From assembly GCA_965140445.1 (NCBI GenBank), contig OZ223236.1, positions 3,328,001 through 3,392,000 on the forward strand: 64,000 bases of DNA. Reading direction: 5' to 3'. This DNA is from Candidatus Ozemobacteraceae bacterium. GTDB lineage: Bacteria; Muiribacteriota; Ozemobacteria; Ozemobacterales; Ozemobacteraceae. Within the stretch, counting starts at the first letter, position 1, and each line of letters begins with the position of its first letter. The translations under genes and the position numbers were made by a program. Below, piece by piece: positions 1-10,302 of this stretch. The notes under the pieces are model-generated. The model saw only the letters and a program-made list of their open reading frames with translations, did not search any database and was not told the origin of the DNA.

Positions 1-1
1 T

Positions 2-1870
2 GCTGAATTTAAGGGAGCAGAACGACATTTTCCCAAGCCTTTTCAAGGTCTTGGCGCTACCTCTGAAATAGTTCCTGGGGGATATAAGCCTGACGAAGGC
101 GTTGAAACATATGATGGCATAAGCTATCTCCTTTTTTACAAAGACGATATTTTACCAACCCGCTTTGTAACTTCTCTTACTTCCAATAAAAATGGAGATA
201 TTTTTGTTGGAACAAAAGACATTGGTGTTTTCAAATTTTCTGTCAATAGCTCTAAGAGGCAGTGGTTTAAGGATTTTGGTGTTTCTGATAAAAAGATTGC
301 CATTCATGACATGGTTTATGACGAAAAGAATCAGGATCTGTATGTTGCAACCACTGCTGGAGTTTTCCGAATTAATGATCAGCCAGAATTCTATGACGCC
401 AACTGTAAATTAATGAAGAATTTTCCAGAGGCATTAACTTTGGCCCTGGCACTTGATTCTAGCAATGGTTTATGGGTTGGAACATCTACAGGACTTTACG
501 ATCCATCTGGAACCTTTTTTTCATCTAAAGACGGACTACCTTCAAACCTGGTTCAGTCACTTAAAGTTGATTCAACTGGGAACATCTGGATCGGAACAGA
601 TGGCGGGCTTGTTATGAAAAGTTCAAACACTTTTCACCAGATTAATTTTGGCGATACCGATAAGAGATGGATTTATGATCTTGATCAGGAAGCACCAATC
701 GAAATGTTTATCTCTCTGGAGCGCTATGAATTTATTGCGCGAGCCATTTTTGCCGGAATTAGAAAAAATGATTCATACGGCGAACACAAAGAGCAAATTG
801 ATGCCCAGATGAACAAGGTTATAAATGTTAATAAACCTGGGAAAAGTGATGTCATTGTAGCGGCCTCAGATGGGTTATACAGAGTTGATATAAATAGTTA
901 CAAAGTCACAAAAATTCAGAAGGGCTGGTTTAACAACTTAGCCTTTGCTAATACCGGTCAATTTTATGCCATTAACAATGAGTTCAGAATGCAGAATTTT
1001 TCACCAACCACAAGACTTCTTGGGAAATTTGATCTGGGAAGTAGACTTATTAAAAGATTAATGGGCCGTGTAAAATTTGAAATTTCTGGCGAAGATGAAC
1101 CAGATTTTCTAGATGAAAATACTATCGAGGAAATGCAAGGTAAAGATGATGAACAACTTGCCCAAGCTCTTCTTCCATACATTCAAAATGTACCCACAAC
1201 AGCCATGCATTTTGATAAGGAAGGTAGACTTTGGATTGCCACTGATGGTGGCGGATTATATTATTTTTCTGGTCGTTTAAACACTTCAAACTTTTTCGTA
1301 AAATCAATTGCTCCAAACCCTGGCAGTGCACTTAAAAAGAAAAGATTCATGCTTCAAAGTGAAATGCTTCCAAGAGCGGAACATTCAGATCTTACAGAAG
1401 GAGAAGCCGCATGCAATGCTGCCCATGCCAAGAAGTTTGGCTACCTTCCATTAAAAGTCTGGTTTGGCAAAACCTCTCAGTTACGTAAAAGTGATTGGGA
1501 AAGAATTGGGAAATACATTGGTAATAAAATGCGAACAAATGATTGTATTACCTTCCTTCAGTTACTTCCAGTTGATCCATGGCTTTTTATTCCTTGTATT
1601 CATCTTAGCGATATACCAGATTTGCATTCTATTAATAAAAAAGGCTTTGCTGATTTATCTAAAGAAACCGTAGATGAATATGAGAATTATTCATTGCCAA
1701 TTGTGCCTGAGGATAAGATGGCCAGAGAAACATATCCATCAAATCATCCAGACACACTTGCCACTGAAGGGGCAAGACTTCTTGTTCCAGGGCTTTTACA
1801 GCCAAGAGTGCCATTAGAGTTTCAGGATTTGAATAATGGAATAAACGGCATAAATCAAATGAACAACTGA
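2..1870 (+). CDS. Beta-propeller (two-component regulator propeller-type repeat) protein, 5'-truncated by the window edge
   Basis: The frame of ORF 311..1870 stays open back to position 2 (AEFKGAERHF...DIFVGTKDIGV...). Repeated 'D..G.(L/I)W(V/I)GT..GL' blades and a 'GLPSNLV' motif are typical of Reg_prop repeats. Confidence 0.7.
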   Translation, partial: AEFKGAERHFPKPFQGLGATSEIVPGGYKPDEGVETYDGISYLLFYKDDILPTRFVTSLTSNKNGDIFVGTKDIGVFKFSVNSSKRQWFKDFGVSDKKIAIHDMVYDEKNQDLYVATTAGVFRINDQPEFYDANCKLMKNFPEALTLALALDSSNGLWVGTSTGLYDPSGTFFSSKDGLPSNLVQSLKVDSTGNIWIGTDGGLVMKSSNTFHQINFGDTDKRWIYDLDQEAPIEMFISLERYEFIARAIFAGIRKNDSYGEHKEQIDAQMNKVINVNKPGKSDVIVAASDGLYRVDINSYKVTKIQKGWFNNLAFANTGQFYAINNEFRMQNFSPTTRLLGKFDLGSRLIKRLMGRVKFEISGEDEPDFLDENTIEEMQGKDDEQLAQALLPYIQNVPTTAMHFDKEGRLWIATDGGGLYYFSGRLNTSNFFVKSIAPNPGSALKKKRFMLQSEMLPRAEHSDLTEGEAACNAAHAKKFGYLPLKVWFGKTSQLRKSDWERIGKYIGNKMRTNDCITFLQLLPVDPWLFIPCIHLSDIPDLHSINKKGFADLSKETVDEYENYSLPIVPEDKMARETYPSNHPDTLATEGARLLVPGLLQPRVPLEFQDLNNGINGINQMNN

Positions 1871-1888
1871 TTCAGTTTAAGGACTTTT

Positions 1889-3283
1889 ATGAGTAAATTG
1901 AAAAAAACAAAAAGCGACTTAAATAAAAACGCAAAAACGATGCTTAATGAATTAGCTGAATCTGCATGTGATAAAAGAGTTTTAGATAAAATCCAAACCC
2001 TTATTAAAACTGGCAAGGATTTTGATTTATATAAAATAAATGTATTCAGAATCGCCAACCAAATTGGTGTGGATAAAACAATTGTTCTGCAAGGGTTCCT
2101 CTACGCTACAAGAATTGGTTTGTTCGACTTAAACTGGGATATTTATTGCCCTTCCTGTAGAGGCTTGCCGGAATATTACAGACATATGATGGGACTTAAA
2201 AGCAGAGGACATTGTGACATTTGTGAGCTTGACTGGGAGCTGGATTTCGAAAAACAGGTAGAAGTAACTTTTACCATAAACCCAGCCATTAGAGCGCTAG
2301 ATTACAAAGATTTCTCCGAACGGGACTTTCGTGGAAAGATGCAATTTATCAATGAAACTCAAGTCCGTGATGATCGCGAGATTACAGTTGGAGAATGTAT
2401 CTTCCCGGATAAAACTGTTGATATTGAAGCAAGTTTGTCACCTGGGAAATTCCTATATTGGGTAACTGGCCGCAATTTGCCCCCACAAAAGTTAGAAGTA
2501 AAAAAAGCAAAGTCCAAAATCCCACAAATTGTTGATGTGTTTGTTGGAAAAAACGGGAAGATCAAACCAGAAAAAATCGCAGTAGATTCCGGCAAAGTAA
2601 CTTTTAAAGTCAACTCAAAATTTCAGACAATGAATGGTTTTCTGGTTGCCCCGGATCGTCCTGTCACCAACTGGGTCTCAGCTCATTTTGTATCGATGCA
2701 ACAGGAGTTTAAAGACCTGTTTGATTCAGAATTTCTTTCTCCGGAAACCGCATTTGCCATACAAAACGTTACACTTATGTTTACTGATTTAAAAGATTCA
2801 ACCCAGATGTATGAAGAGGTTGGCGATTCAAAGGCCTTTTCTCTGGTTAAAAAGCATTTTGTGGTAATGACCAGCTCCATAAAAAAATTCAAAGGCGGAA
2901 TAGTAAAAACTATTGGTGATGCAGTGATGGCAGTATTTCCTTCAAATTCAGATGCCTTAACTGCAGCAATGGAAATCCAGAAAAAATTCCGAGCCAAAGC
3001 CATGAAAGATGAGGGATTGCAAGTTAAAATTGGAATCCATCGCGGCCCTGTTATTGCCGTAAACTCCAACAATCACCTGGATTACTTTGGCCGAACAGTA
3101 AATATGGCCGCTCGCGTTCAAGGAAAAAGCCTGGCGGGGGAGGTTCTCTTATCAGAGGAAGTCTTTAAAGAAGAAGATATTAAAAAACTAATTCAAAAAA
3201 AGAAGTGGGTTACCAATAAATTTTCTGCATCTTTAAAAGGCATAGAACCAGACCCAACTTTATATTCTATTTCTTTAGATTAG
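1889..3283 (+). CDS. Class III adenylate/guanylate cyclase with N-terminal DUF5939-like Cys-containing domain
   Basis: Cyclase motifs TLMFTDLKDST, IVKTIGDAVMAVF, KIGIHRG and DYFGRTVNMAARVQ. N-terminal CPSC...HCDIC. Confidence 0.85.
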   Translation: MSKLKKTKSDLNKNAKTMLNELAESACDKRVLDKIQTLIKTGKDFDLYKINVFRIANQIGVDKTIVLQGFLYATRIGLFDLNWDIYCPSCRGLPEYYRHMMGLKSRGHCDICELDWELDFEKQVEVTFTINPAIRALDYKDFSERDFRGKMQFINETQVRDDREITVGECIFPDKTVDIEASLSPGKFLYWVTGRNLPPQKLEVKKAKSKIPQIVDVFVGKNGKIKPEKIAVDSGKVTFKVNSKFQTMNGFLVAPDRPVTNWVSAHFVSMQQEFKDLFDSEFLSPETAFAIQNVTLMFTDLKDSTQMYEEVGDSKAFSLVKKHFVVMTSSIKKFKGGIVKTIGDAVMAVFPSNSDALTAAMEIQKKFRAKAMKDEGLQVKIGIHRGPVIAVNSNNHLDYFGRTVNMAARVQGKSLAGEVLLSEEVFKEEDIKKLIQKKKWVTNKFSASLKGIEPDPTLYSISLD

Positions 3284-3285
3284 CT

Positions 3286-3342
3286 ACACAAAAAAAACTC
3301 CCTCACTGGCGAAAAAACGCTGATGAGGGAGTTTTTTTGTGT
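3286..3342. terminator. Bidirectional intrinsic terminator
   Basis: ACACAAAAAAAACTCCCTCA...TGAGGGAGTTTTTTTGTGT inverted repeat between convergent genes. Confidence 0.85.
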
Positions 3343-3345
3343 TTT

Positions 3346-6300
3346 TTATGGATTACTAATTGTAAAACCAGAATTGATTGTTGCGGAATTTGTGTCAGGA
3401 TTGGTTAAAACAAGATTCCATGCGCCTGTTGCTTTCCCGGTTAGATCAAAGGAGCATGTCATATTGGTAGGGTTTGGCACAGAAATGTTGGTTCCCACAA
3501 TATCTGGCTCACCACTCTTAACTAATTTAACTGTGGCGGCAACAAAGAAACCTGTGCCTGTAATGCTTACAGCCTTGTTCTCGGAAGTGTTTCCAGAATT
3601 CGGTGATATACCTGATAGGGTAGGACCAGCAGCTACAGCATCCTGAATATTAAAAACCTGTGCGTTGGAAGTTTGTCCATCAGAGTTGACAACAACAAAA
3701 TTGTAAGCTCCAGGCACCTTACCATAACAATTGAAAACCGCCGTAATTGAGGTTCCATTATTAAAGGTTACGCTTGAAGGCAATATATCAGCATAACCGC
3801 TTCTCGTCATTTTTACAGTTGCCCCGGTCACAAAGTTAATCCCGGAAATATTTACTGTGCTTGTCTCAACATTGTTTAACTCATTGGCTGGGTTAATACT
3901 ATTTAAAGCAGGAGGCAATTGATTTACTGAAAATGCTTTACTTCCAGATTGTGAATCGGGATTAGTGACAACGAGATTCCACGCACCAGGAGTTTTTCCA
4001 TTAAGGGCGAAATCACAAGTTATCGTTGTTGCATTTACAAAGCTAACATTAGTTCCGGCAACATCAGATTGCCCACTCAATGTAAGCTTAACAGTAGCTC
4101 CGTTTACAAAGTTTATCCCACTTATTGTAATAGAAGCATCTCCGTTATTAAGAGCTGAAGCTGGAGTCGTTGAAGTAATTGCCGGGGCAGGCAAGGTTAC
4201 GGCAAAACCATTGCTTAGAGTGGTGGTCTTGCTATCGGTATTCGTTACAACAAGATTCCAGTCACCCACTGTTTTTCCGCTAAGATCAAAAGAACATGTG
4301 AGGGAAGTAGAGTTAACAAGGTTTACGCTTGTTCCCGAAATATCAGCCTCACCGCTTTTTGTCAGTTTTACCGCTATTCCGCTGGCAAAATTAGCCCCTG
4401 ATACAGTAACAGAAGTTGATGTGTTATTTGGGCCTTTAACTGGTGAAACTGCAGATATTGTTGGCGCAGGGAGTTCAATTGAAAACCCACCGCTTAAATT
4501 AGCCGATTGATTATCCGAGTTTGTAACTACCAGATCCCAATTCCCTGCTGCTTTGCCATTCAGATCAAAAGAACAGGTTATTGAATTGGCACTAACAAGG
4601 TTTAGGCTACTTCCAACAATATCAGTTTCTCCAGTTTTAGTAAGCCTGGCAGTAATCCCAGAAACAAAATTAGCTCCTGCAATTGTTACTGACTTTGTTT
4701 CATTGCTCAAACCGGTGTTAGGAGAAACAGAAGTTAAAGTTGGCGCCAGTTGAGTAATTGCAAAAGCAGCAATTCCAGATTGGTTGTCTGGATTAGTAAC
4801 AGTCAGCGTCCAGTTTCCTGTAGCTTTTCCTGTTAAAGCGAACGAGCAGGTGATTGAACTTGCGTTTACTACGCTGACATTGGTAGCAGAAATATCGGTT
4901 TGTCCTGCAAGTGAAAGCTTTACCGTAGCTCCGCTTACAAAATTGATTCCTGAAATTGTGACAGAAGTATTTCCATTATTCAGAGCAGAGGAAGGAGTCA
5001 TTGAGTTTAGTGCTGGTGCCGGCAATGTAACTACAAAGCTATTTGGCAATGTAGCAGATTTGTTATCCGAATTTGTTACCACTAAATTCCAATTACCCGC
5101 TGCTTTACCAGTTAGATCAAACGAACATGTTATGGAAGTTGCACTAACAAGGCTTACGCTGGTTCCAGTAATGTCAGCTTCTCCGGTTTTTGTCAATTTA
5201 ACCGCGACTCCGCTAACAAAATTTGTTCCAGTGATAGTTACAGATTTTGTTGTGTTATTTATTCCGGTTGCTGGAGATACTGCAGAAACAGTTGGAGCGG
5301 CTAACTCAATTGTAAAACCATTATTTAAAGTTGCAGCCTGACTATCTGTATTTGTAACAATCAGGTTCCAACCTCCCGTTGCTTTGCCATTTAGATCAAA
5401 AGAACAAGTTATGGAAGTGGTTCCAGTAAGATTTATACTGCTTCCTAAGATGTCAGCTTCTCCTGTTTTTGTGAGCTTAACCGATACACCTGAAAGGAAA
5501 TTCGTTCCTGTAATTGTTACAGACTTGGTTTCGTTGTTTAAGCCAGTGTTTGGTGATATCGACATTAGAGTTGGTGCTAACTGACTGATGGTGAAAGTTC
5601 CATTGCCAGATTGATTGTTGGTGTTTGTAACTATAAGACTCCAATTTCCAGTGGCTTTTCCGCTTACATCAAAAGAGCAGGTAATTGAAGTTGCACTAAC
5701 AACGGTAACATTAGTTGCAGCGATATCAGATTGCCCGTTCAAAGTTAACTTTGCAGATGCGCCGCTGACAAAATTAGTTCCTGTAATTGTTAAAGAAACA
5801 CTTCCGTTATTGTTTGCAGAAGAAGGTGAGACCGTTGAAATTGCTGGCACAAGCACTGGTGAGGTAATTGAAAAACCATTGTTTAATGTTGCAGATTGGT
5901 CATCAGAATTGCTAACAACCAGATTCCAGTTTCCTGTGGTTTTGCCGTTCAGATCAAAAGAACAGGTAATCGAAGTTGCACTGACAACGGTTACATTAGT
6001 TGCAGCAATATCAGTTTGCCCTGTTTGAGTAAGTTTTACAAATGCGCCGCTGACAAAGTTCGTTCCTGAAATGGTAACGGATTTTGTTTCTGCATTGCTT
6101 CCTGTAGCCGGGGAAACGCTTGTTACAGTGGGAGCTGGTAGAGAAATGCTGAATGCATCATTCAGGGTTGCTGATTGGCTATCAGAATTACTTACAACCA
6201 GATTCCAGTTGCCTGTGGTTTTGCCGTTAAGATCGAAAGAACAGGTGATTGAAGTCGCACTGACAACTGTTACATTAGTTGCAGCAATGTCAGTTTGCCC

Positions 6301-6975
6301 TGCTTTTGTTAGTTTTACTGATGCGCCACTGACAAAGTTCGTTCCTGAAATGGTAACGGATTTTGTTTCTACATTGCTTCCTGTAGCCGGGGAAACGCTT
6401 GTTACAGTGGGAGCTGGTAGAGAAATGCTGAATGCATTATTCAGGATTGTGGTTTGATTATCAGAATTGGTAACGACCAGGTTCCAGTTGCCCGCAGATT
6501 TGCCATTTAAATCGAAGGTGCAGGTTATAGATTTATCGCTGACAACCGTTATAGAACTTCCCAAAACATCAGTTTGACCATCTTTAACCAATTTAACCAA
6601 TGCACCGGGCACAAAATTTGTTCCACTAATTGTTACAGATTTGCTTTCGTTGGAAAGGCCAGAGTTAGGAGAGAGAAAGGCTATTGTCGGGGCCGGAGGG
6701 ACTATTTTTATTCCATCAGTTTTGGATACTGTTTTGCCACTTGTGTTAAGAATTACCAGATTCCAGTTGCCAACAGCGGCTATATCCAAAGAAGGAAAAG
6801 AAGCTTTGATAGAGTCAGATGAGTTTACGATAACGCTATTTGCCACAATATCTTCAGAGCCAGTTCTGGTTAGCTTTGCCCATGCCCCCTGTGTGAAATT
6901 GCTACCCGAAACATTTGCATCAAAACCTGTGCCAATTACAAAAGTATTGGGTGAAATTGTTGAAACTAAGGGTGC
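3346..6975 (-). repeat. Tandem array of 13 IPT/TIG domain repeats (~90-95 aa each)
   Basis: Counted from the translation. Two adjacent units are nearly identical in DNA with a 279-bp period (TGACAAAGTTCGTTCCTGAAATGG at 6051 and 6330). Confidence 0.85.
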
Positions 6976-9297
6976 TGTGCCAGAATTTTCAATGACATTT
7001 ATAATAATGGCAACGTCTTTTTTTACAAAAGTTGAAGAATTCTTTGGACTTAACTTAGGCCATGAAATTTTATAAATACCAGGGGAAAGGCTTATGCCAT
7101 CATTAATCTTTGCAATGATTCGTTTTTTGTTATTAGGATCAATTTCGGTAGATGAAAAAAAGCTCGGCTCTGATTCTCCATAGTTAACAAGGTTGCTTCC
7201 ATCGTGGTCTTTTCTTTGCACATTGTAATTGATGGGGAGTTGCGCCTTAGTGATAATCTGGTCAAAATCGAAAGCAATCGAACGAATTCTGTTGCCAAAA
7301 ATGGTATTAAGCTCAAAAGTGTCAGCAGGGTTATATGGATAAATAGATGGAATGTCAGCATAGCTTACATCTTTTCCATCAGCATCCAACCCTTGAGCAT
7401 TCACTACCATAATATTTTGGGAAGAATAATAATTGATTAAAACTTTCGCGATTGATTCTTCAGTTCCATTTGAAACTTTAAAAGTAAAATAATCTGGAAA
7501 ATATTTAGAGCTCTCCAGGGGCACATAGGTTACAACATTTCCGCTAATACTTTTGATTGTTCCGTATTGAGGAGGGGTTACGATTGAGTAGGTTAACTCT
7601 TTGCCACTAAAATTGGTAGCATCAAGACGTATATTAGCGGTTTTACTTATGAATGCACTAGAAGATAAAGTAAATGTTTTTCCCAGAGCAATTAACTGAA
7701 ATGGGGAAACTTTTTTTATTACACGATATTTAGAATAATACTCTTCCCAATCACCATCCGCTCCTTTTCTTTTAACCTGCGGTTCTGTTTTGAATTCAGG
7801 CTTATCAATCATGCTGATTTCAAATTCACGGGATTCAAGAATTCCGCCACTATAGAATCTTGTATATCTGTAACTGTTCTGGGCAATAAATGCTTTAAAC
7901 AATTCGAGGCCATTTACTTTGGAAATTTTTGTTTTTTCAGTTTCAATAAGCTCATCAAGAGCCTGGTTCTGGTTATTTTTTACCAAAAGGAATTCTACTT
8001 CTGGAGTCTCGCCACTGACAAATGGCCCAATATTATTTATATGAAAAGTTTTTTCTTGAGATGAGCCCAGATTGATTAGCTCAGATTTTGTGAAACTATT
8101 GCCTACAATTTTTGCTATTAGCTGGTAAGACAAAAGTTGACTGACAATCTTTCCATTTGTGCCCGTAGCTACATCCAATTCTCTGTAATCATCACTGCAG
8201 GTTGTCCTGTAATGAAAAATGGCAGTTGTTTCTGATGAATAACCTATTACTGGTAAAATTACGGCTCCATCTGGTTCAAAAGTTAGCTTAAGATCATAAT
8301 AGCCAGCAGACGTTGGAGTCCATGTAGCTGTGGCCAAAGGAATCAAAGGAGATTTTGCCAAATCAAATGCAAAATTAACTGTCTCATAGTTAAAGCGGAA
8401 AAAATCAAAGCTATCTGCAGCTGAATCTGGAAATCTGCCATAAATATCTGAAAGACTTTTTTTATAGAGTTTATCCCTATCGGAAAGCTTTTCATAAAAA
8501 ATATGGTGTTCGCTATTTGGATTAACATTTGATGCTCGTAGTGAAGACTGCGGCTGAATGGTAACGTTTGAGGTTATCAAAGAGGAGTTAGAGGTTCCTT
8601 CATTTTGAAGCTTTGTAAAGAAATTCCTTAAGTCAGAGTTAAAAATCAATTGCAGTAAAGCTGAATCTCCAAGACTTGAAAATCGAGGTTTAAGATTCAG
8701 GTTCATACTCGCAGATGAAACAGGGGCTGCAACAAAATTGCCTGGCGGGGGAACCATAAGATTGCCGGATTCTTTTTCCAGGGCGGCTATAACTGCTGGA
8801 ACCTGTTCCAGATTTTGAGAAGAGCGCAGTAAAAATTCGGGACTACAAAGATAAGGGGCCATAGCATTAACAACTCTGGTAATGTTTTCTTGAGGAATAC
8901 TCTTTGCAAAAGCGAAATAATCAAAATCACAGGCGCAGCGCTTTTTTACGGTTTCATACAGAAGAACTTTTGCGGTGCTTTCGGGGCCATAAGACGGCGT
9001 TTTACAAGCTTCATCATAAGAGACAATTGTTGAAAGCCTGTGAGCTCCAAGTTCGTTTTTTATATCAAATCGGTAAAAAGTCATAGCTGGGACTACCGAA
9101 GGCAATACCAGAGCCGCATCTTCCGACTTGGCAACAGCAAGAATCTCTTGTTTTTCCTGTTCAGAAAAGCCTAGCAGTGTTGCTGGGTCAGGCTGGGTTT
9201 GGGAGGTATCGCTACCATAGTCGCCAAAAATCTGACATCCGGCAAAGGTCAAAGTAATTGAACAAATAAGTAAGGCTAAAATAGCTCTTCTTTTCAC
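3346..9297 (-). CDS. Large surface lipoprotein with a Big_9/cadherin-like module and 13 C-terminal IPT/TIG repeats
   Basis: Likely GTG start at 9297 overlapping the upstream stop (GTGA). Signal peptide KRRAILALLICSITLTFAG-C (lipobox). Repeats of the form AP.(I/V)..(V/I)SP...VTISGTNF..GA.VKL...ITCSFDL.GK..G.WNLVVTN.D. Confidence 0.85.
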   Translation of the reverse strand: MKRRAILALLICSITLTFAGCQIFGDYGSDTSQTQPDPATLLGFSEQEKQEILAVAKSEDAALVLPSVVPAMTFYRFDIKNELGAHRLSTIVSYDEACKTPSYGPESTAKVLLYETVKKRCACDFDYFAFAKSIPQENITRVVNAMAPYLCSPEFLLRSSQNLEQVPAVIAALEKESGNLMVPPPGNFVAAPVSSASMNLNLKPRFSSLGDSALLQLIFNSDLRNFFTKLQNEGTSNSSLITSNVTIQPQSSLRASNVNPNSEHHIFYEKLSDRDKLYKKSLSDIYGRFPDSAADSFDFFRFNYETVNFAFDLAKSPLIPLATATWTPTSAGYYDLKLTFEPDGAVILPVIGYSSETTAIFHYRTTCSDDYRELDVATGTNGKIVSQLLSYQLIAKIVGNSFTKSELINLGSSQEKTFHINNIGPFVSGETPEVEFLLVKNNQNQALDELIETEKTKISKVNGLELFKAFIAQNSYRYTRFYSGGILESREFEISMIDKPEFKTEPQVKRKGADGDWEEYYSKYRVIKKVSPFQLIALGKTFTLSSSAFISKTANIRLDATNFSGKELTYSIVTPPQYGTIKSISGNVVTYVPLESSKYFPDYFTFKVSNGTEESIAKVLINYYSSQNIMVVNAQGLDADGKDVSYADIPSIYPYNPADTFELNTIFGNRIRSIAFDFDQIITKAQLPINYNVQRKDHDGSNLVNYGESEPSFFSSTEIDPNNKKRIIAKINDGISLSPGIYKISWPKLSPKNSSTFVKKDVAIIINVIENSGTAPLVSTISPNTFVIGTGFDANVSGSNFTQGAWAKLTRTGSEDIVANSVIVNSSDSIKASFPSLDIAAVGNWNLVILNTSGKTVSKTDGIKIVPPAPTIAFLSPNSGLSNESKSVTISGTNFVPGALVKLVKDGQTDVLGSSITVVSDKSITCTFDLNGKSAGNWNLVVTNSDNQTTILNNAFSISLPAPTVTSVSPATGSNVETKSVTISGTNFVSGASVKLTKAGQTDIAATNVTVVSATSITCSFDLNGKTTGNWNLVVSNSDSQSATLNDAFSISLPAPTVTSVSPATGSNAETKSVTISGTNFVSGAFVKLTQTGQTDIAATNVTVVSATSITCSFDLNGKTTGNWNLVVSNSDDQSATLNNGFSITSPVLVPAISTVSPSSANNNGSVSLTITGTNFVSGASAKLTLNGQSDIAATNVTVVSATSITCSFDVSGKATGNWSLIVTNTNNQSGNGTFTISQLAPTLMSISPNTGLNNETKSVTITGTNFLSGVSVKLTKTGEADILGSSINLTGTTSITCSFDLNGKATGGWNLIVTNTDSQAATLNNGFTIELAAPTVSAVSPATGINNTTKSVTITGTNFVSGVAVKLTKTGEADITGTSVSLVSATSITCSFDLTGKAAGNWNLVVTNSDNKSATLPNSFVVTLPAPALNSMTPSSALNNGNTSVTISGINFVSGATVKLSLAGQTDISATNVSVVNASSITCSFALTGKATGNWTLTVTNPDNQSGIAAFAITQLAPTLTSVSPNTGLSNETKSVTIAGANFVSGITARLTKTGETDIVGSSLNLVSANSITCSFDLNGKAAGNWDLVVTNSDNQSANLSGGFSIELPAPTISAVSPVKGPNNTSTSVTVSGANFASGIAVKLTKSGEADISGTSVNLVNSTSLTCSFDLSGKTVGDWNLVVTNTDSKTTTLSNGFAVTLPAPAITSTTPASALNNGDASITISGINFVNGATVKLTLSGQSDVAGTNVSFVNATTITCDFALNGKTPGAWNLVVTNPDSQSGSKAFSVNQLPPALNSINPANELNNVETSTVNISGINFVTGATVKMTRSGYADILPSSVTFNNGTSITAVFNCYGKVPGAYNFVVVNSDGQTSNAQVFNIQDAVAAGPTLSGISPNSGNTSENKAVSITGTGFFVAATVKLVKSGEPDIVGTNISVPNPTNMTCSFDLTGKATGAWNLVLTNPDTNSATINSGFTISNP

Positions 9298-9986
9298 GGT
9301 GAACCCCTCATGCAAAGATTTTGTTTTAAACAGTTTGGTGGCTGAACATTTTTTGAGTAGAAAGAATCCTGGATTCTCAAACATCTTCTAAGTTGCCACT
9401 TCATAGAAATGCTTTCCTGAGCAAGAATTTTTCTTATCGGTAATCCGGCTTTGCATAAAGCCTGAGCAATAAACCCATTGCAATTGTCTAACAAATGGTA
9501 GCCAGCAGTATATTCGTAATACCAAAAGGAATTTTTACGAGCTATTTTCTCGCCACGATGCTTGTGAAGGGTTTCAAGAAGACGGGCAAAACCTGCTTTT
9601 GAAAGCCAGAATGTAAAGACATTCTCCTTTGAAATACCTTCTCTTTCCCAGAATGGTTGTGCAAAAACGCCAAACTTGATTACCCCGTCAACTCTTTTTG
9701 AAAGAGCCTTAGCAGCAAGATTGTATATTTCGGTCTTCTCCGTGAAATACCACTCTTTTGCACCCATATGCCATTCTTGAAACGCTTTTAAATTATAGTC
9801 AGGGAAGTCCAGACATGTGTGAAATTCTCCAACCGTCAAATGAATTTTGTATTCTTCATTTTTTACTTTAGGAGGCCACAATTTGGGATCGGGCTGGGGA
9901 AAAGCAAGCCAGATCAGAAAAAAGCAGGCAATTATAGAAAATGAAGCAATTGCTCTTAAAACATTTTTTTTGGAAAAAATCTTCAC
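9294..9986 (-). CDS. DUF2459-like membrane-anchored protein
   Basis: N-terminal TM segment; FHT, 'W.MG.KEWY' and 'YHLLDNCNGFIAQAL..AGLP' resemble DUF2459. Its stop overlaps the start of the IPT protein. Confidence 0.6.
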   Translation of the reverse strand: MKIFSKKNVLRAIASFSIIACFFLIWLAFPQPDPKLWPPKVKNEEYKIHLTVGEFHTCLDFPDYNLKAFQEWHMGAKEWYFTEKTEIYNLAAKALSKRVDGVIKFGVFAQPFWEREGISKENVFTFWLSKAGFARLLETLHKHRGEKIARKNSFWYYEYTAGYHLLDNCNGFIAQALCKAGLPIRKILAQESISMKWQLRRCLRIQDSFYSKNVQPPNCLKQNLCMRGSP

Positions 9987-10219
9987 TCAATAAATCAAAT
10001 CTACTAGCGAACAAAAGAATTATAAAAAGCTGTTTGAAAACATCTCTCGCTAGTAAAAACCTGCCTCTCTGGATAATGACTTCTAATTTTCTTTCTTCTC
10101 TGGACCATGAAGCTTATCACTCCTTTTCAAACAAAGTCAAAGCATTAAAATTCAACATTAATGATTTCTGATCTTGCCCCTGTGCAGCTTCTGGAACTTA
10201 ATTTACCTATTATTAGCGG

Positions 10220-10248
10220 TTGACTGACAATACCCTGTGCAGTATAAT
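10220..10248 (+). promoter_or_regulatory. Sigma70-type promoter of asnS
   Basis: TTGACT-17 nt-TATAAT, about 55 bp upstream of the ATG. Confidence 0.75.
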
Positions 10249-10302
10249 CAGGCCCTGCACGGCGATATGCCGGGCAATTAAATATGGTTGAGGTCTAAAT
10301 CT

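Noticed and set aside
5880..6440. Near-identical direct repeats considered as a CRISPR array or DGR template/variable pair
   Set aside because: The period is 279 bp, in frame within a coding repeat. There are no unique spacers, no adenine-specific mismatch pattern was apparent, and no reverse transcriptase or cas gene is in the window.
3323..7440. Series of plus-strand ORFs (107-185 aa) with repeated 'RSKEQVIEVAL' motifs
   Set aside because: They are antisense shadows of the repetitive IPT/TIG gene; the repeats merely mirror the minus-strand coding repeats.
9298..9384. ORF-track start of the large protein at 9384
   Set aside because: It would overlap the upstream gene by about 90 bp and bury the signal peptide. 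GTG 9297 gives a clean lipoprotein signal and a GTGA coupling.
10172..10302. T-box riboswitch upstream of asnS (also checked upstream of proS)
   Set aside because: The asnS leader is too short after the predicted promoter, and no T-box consensus or terminator/antiterminator was seen at either gene.
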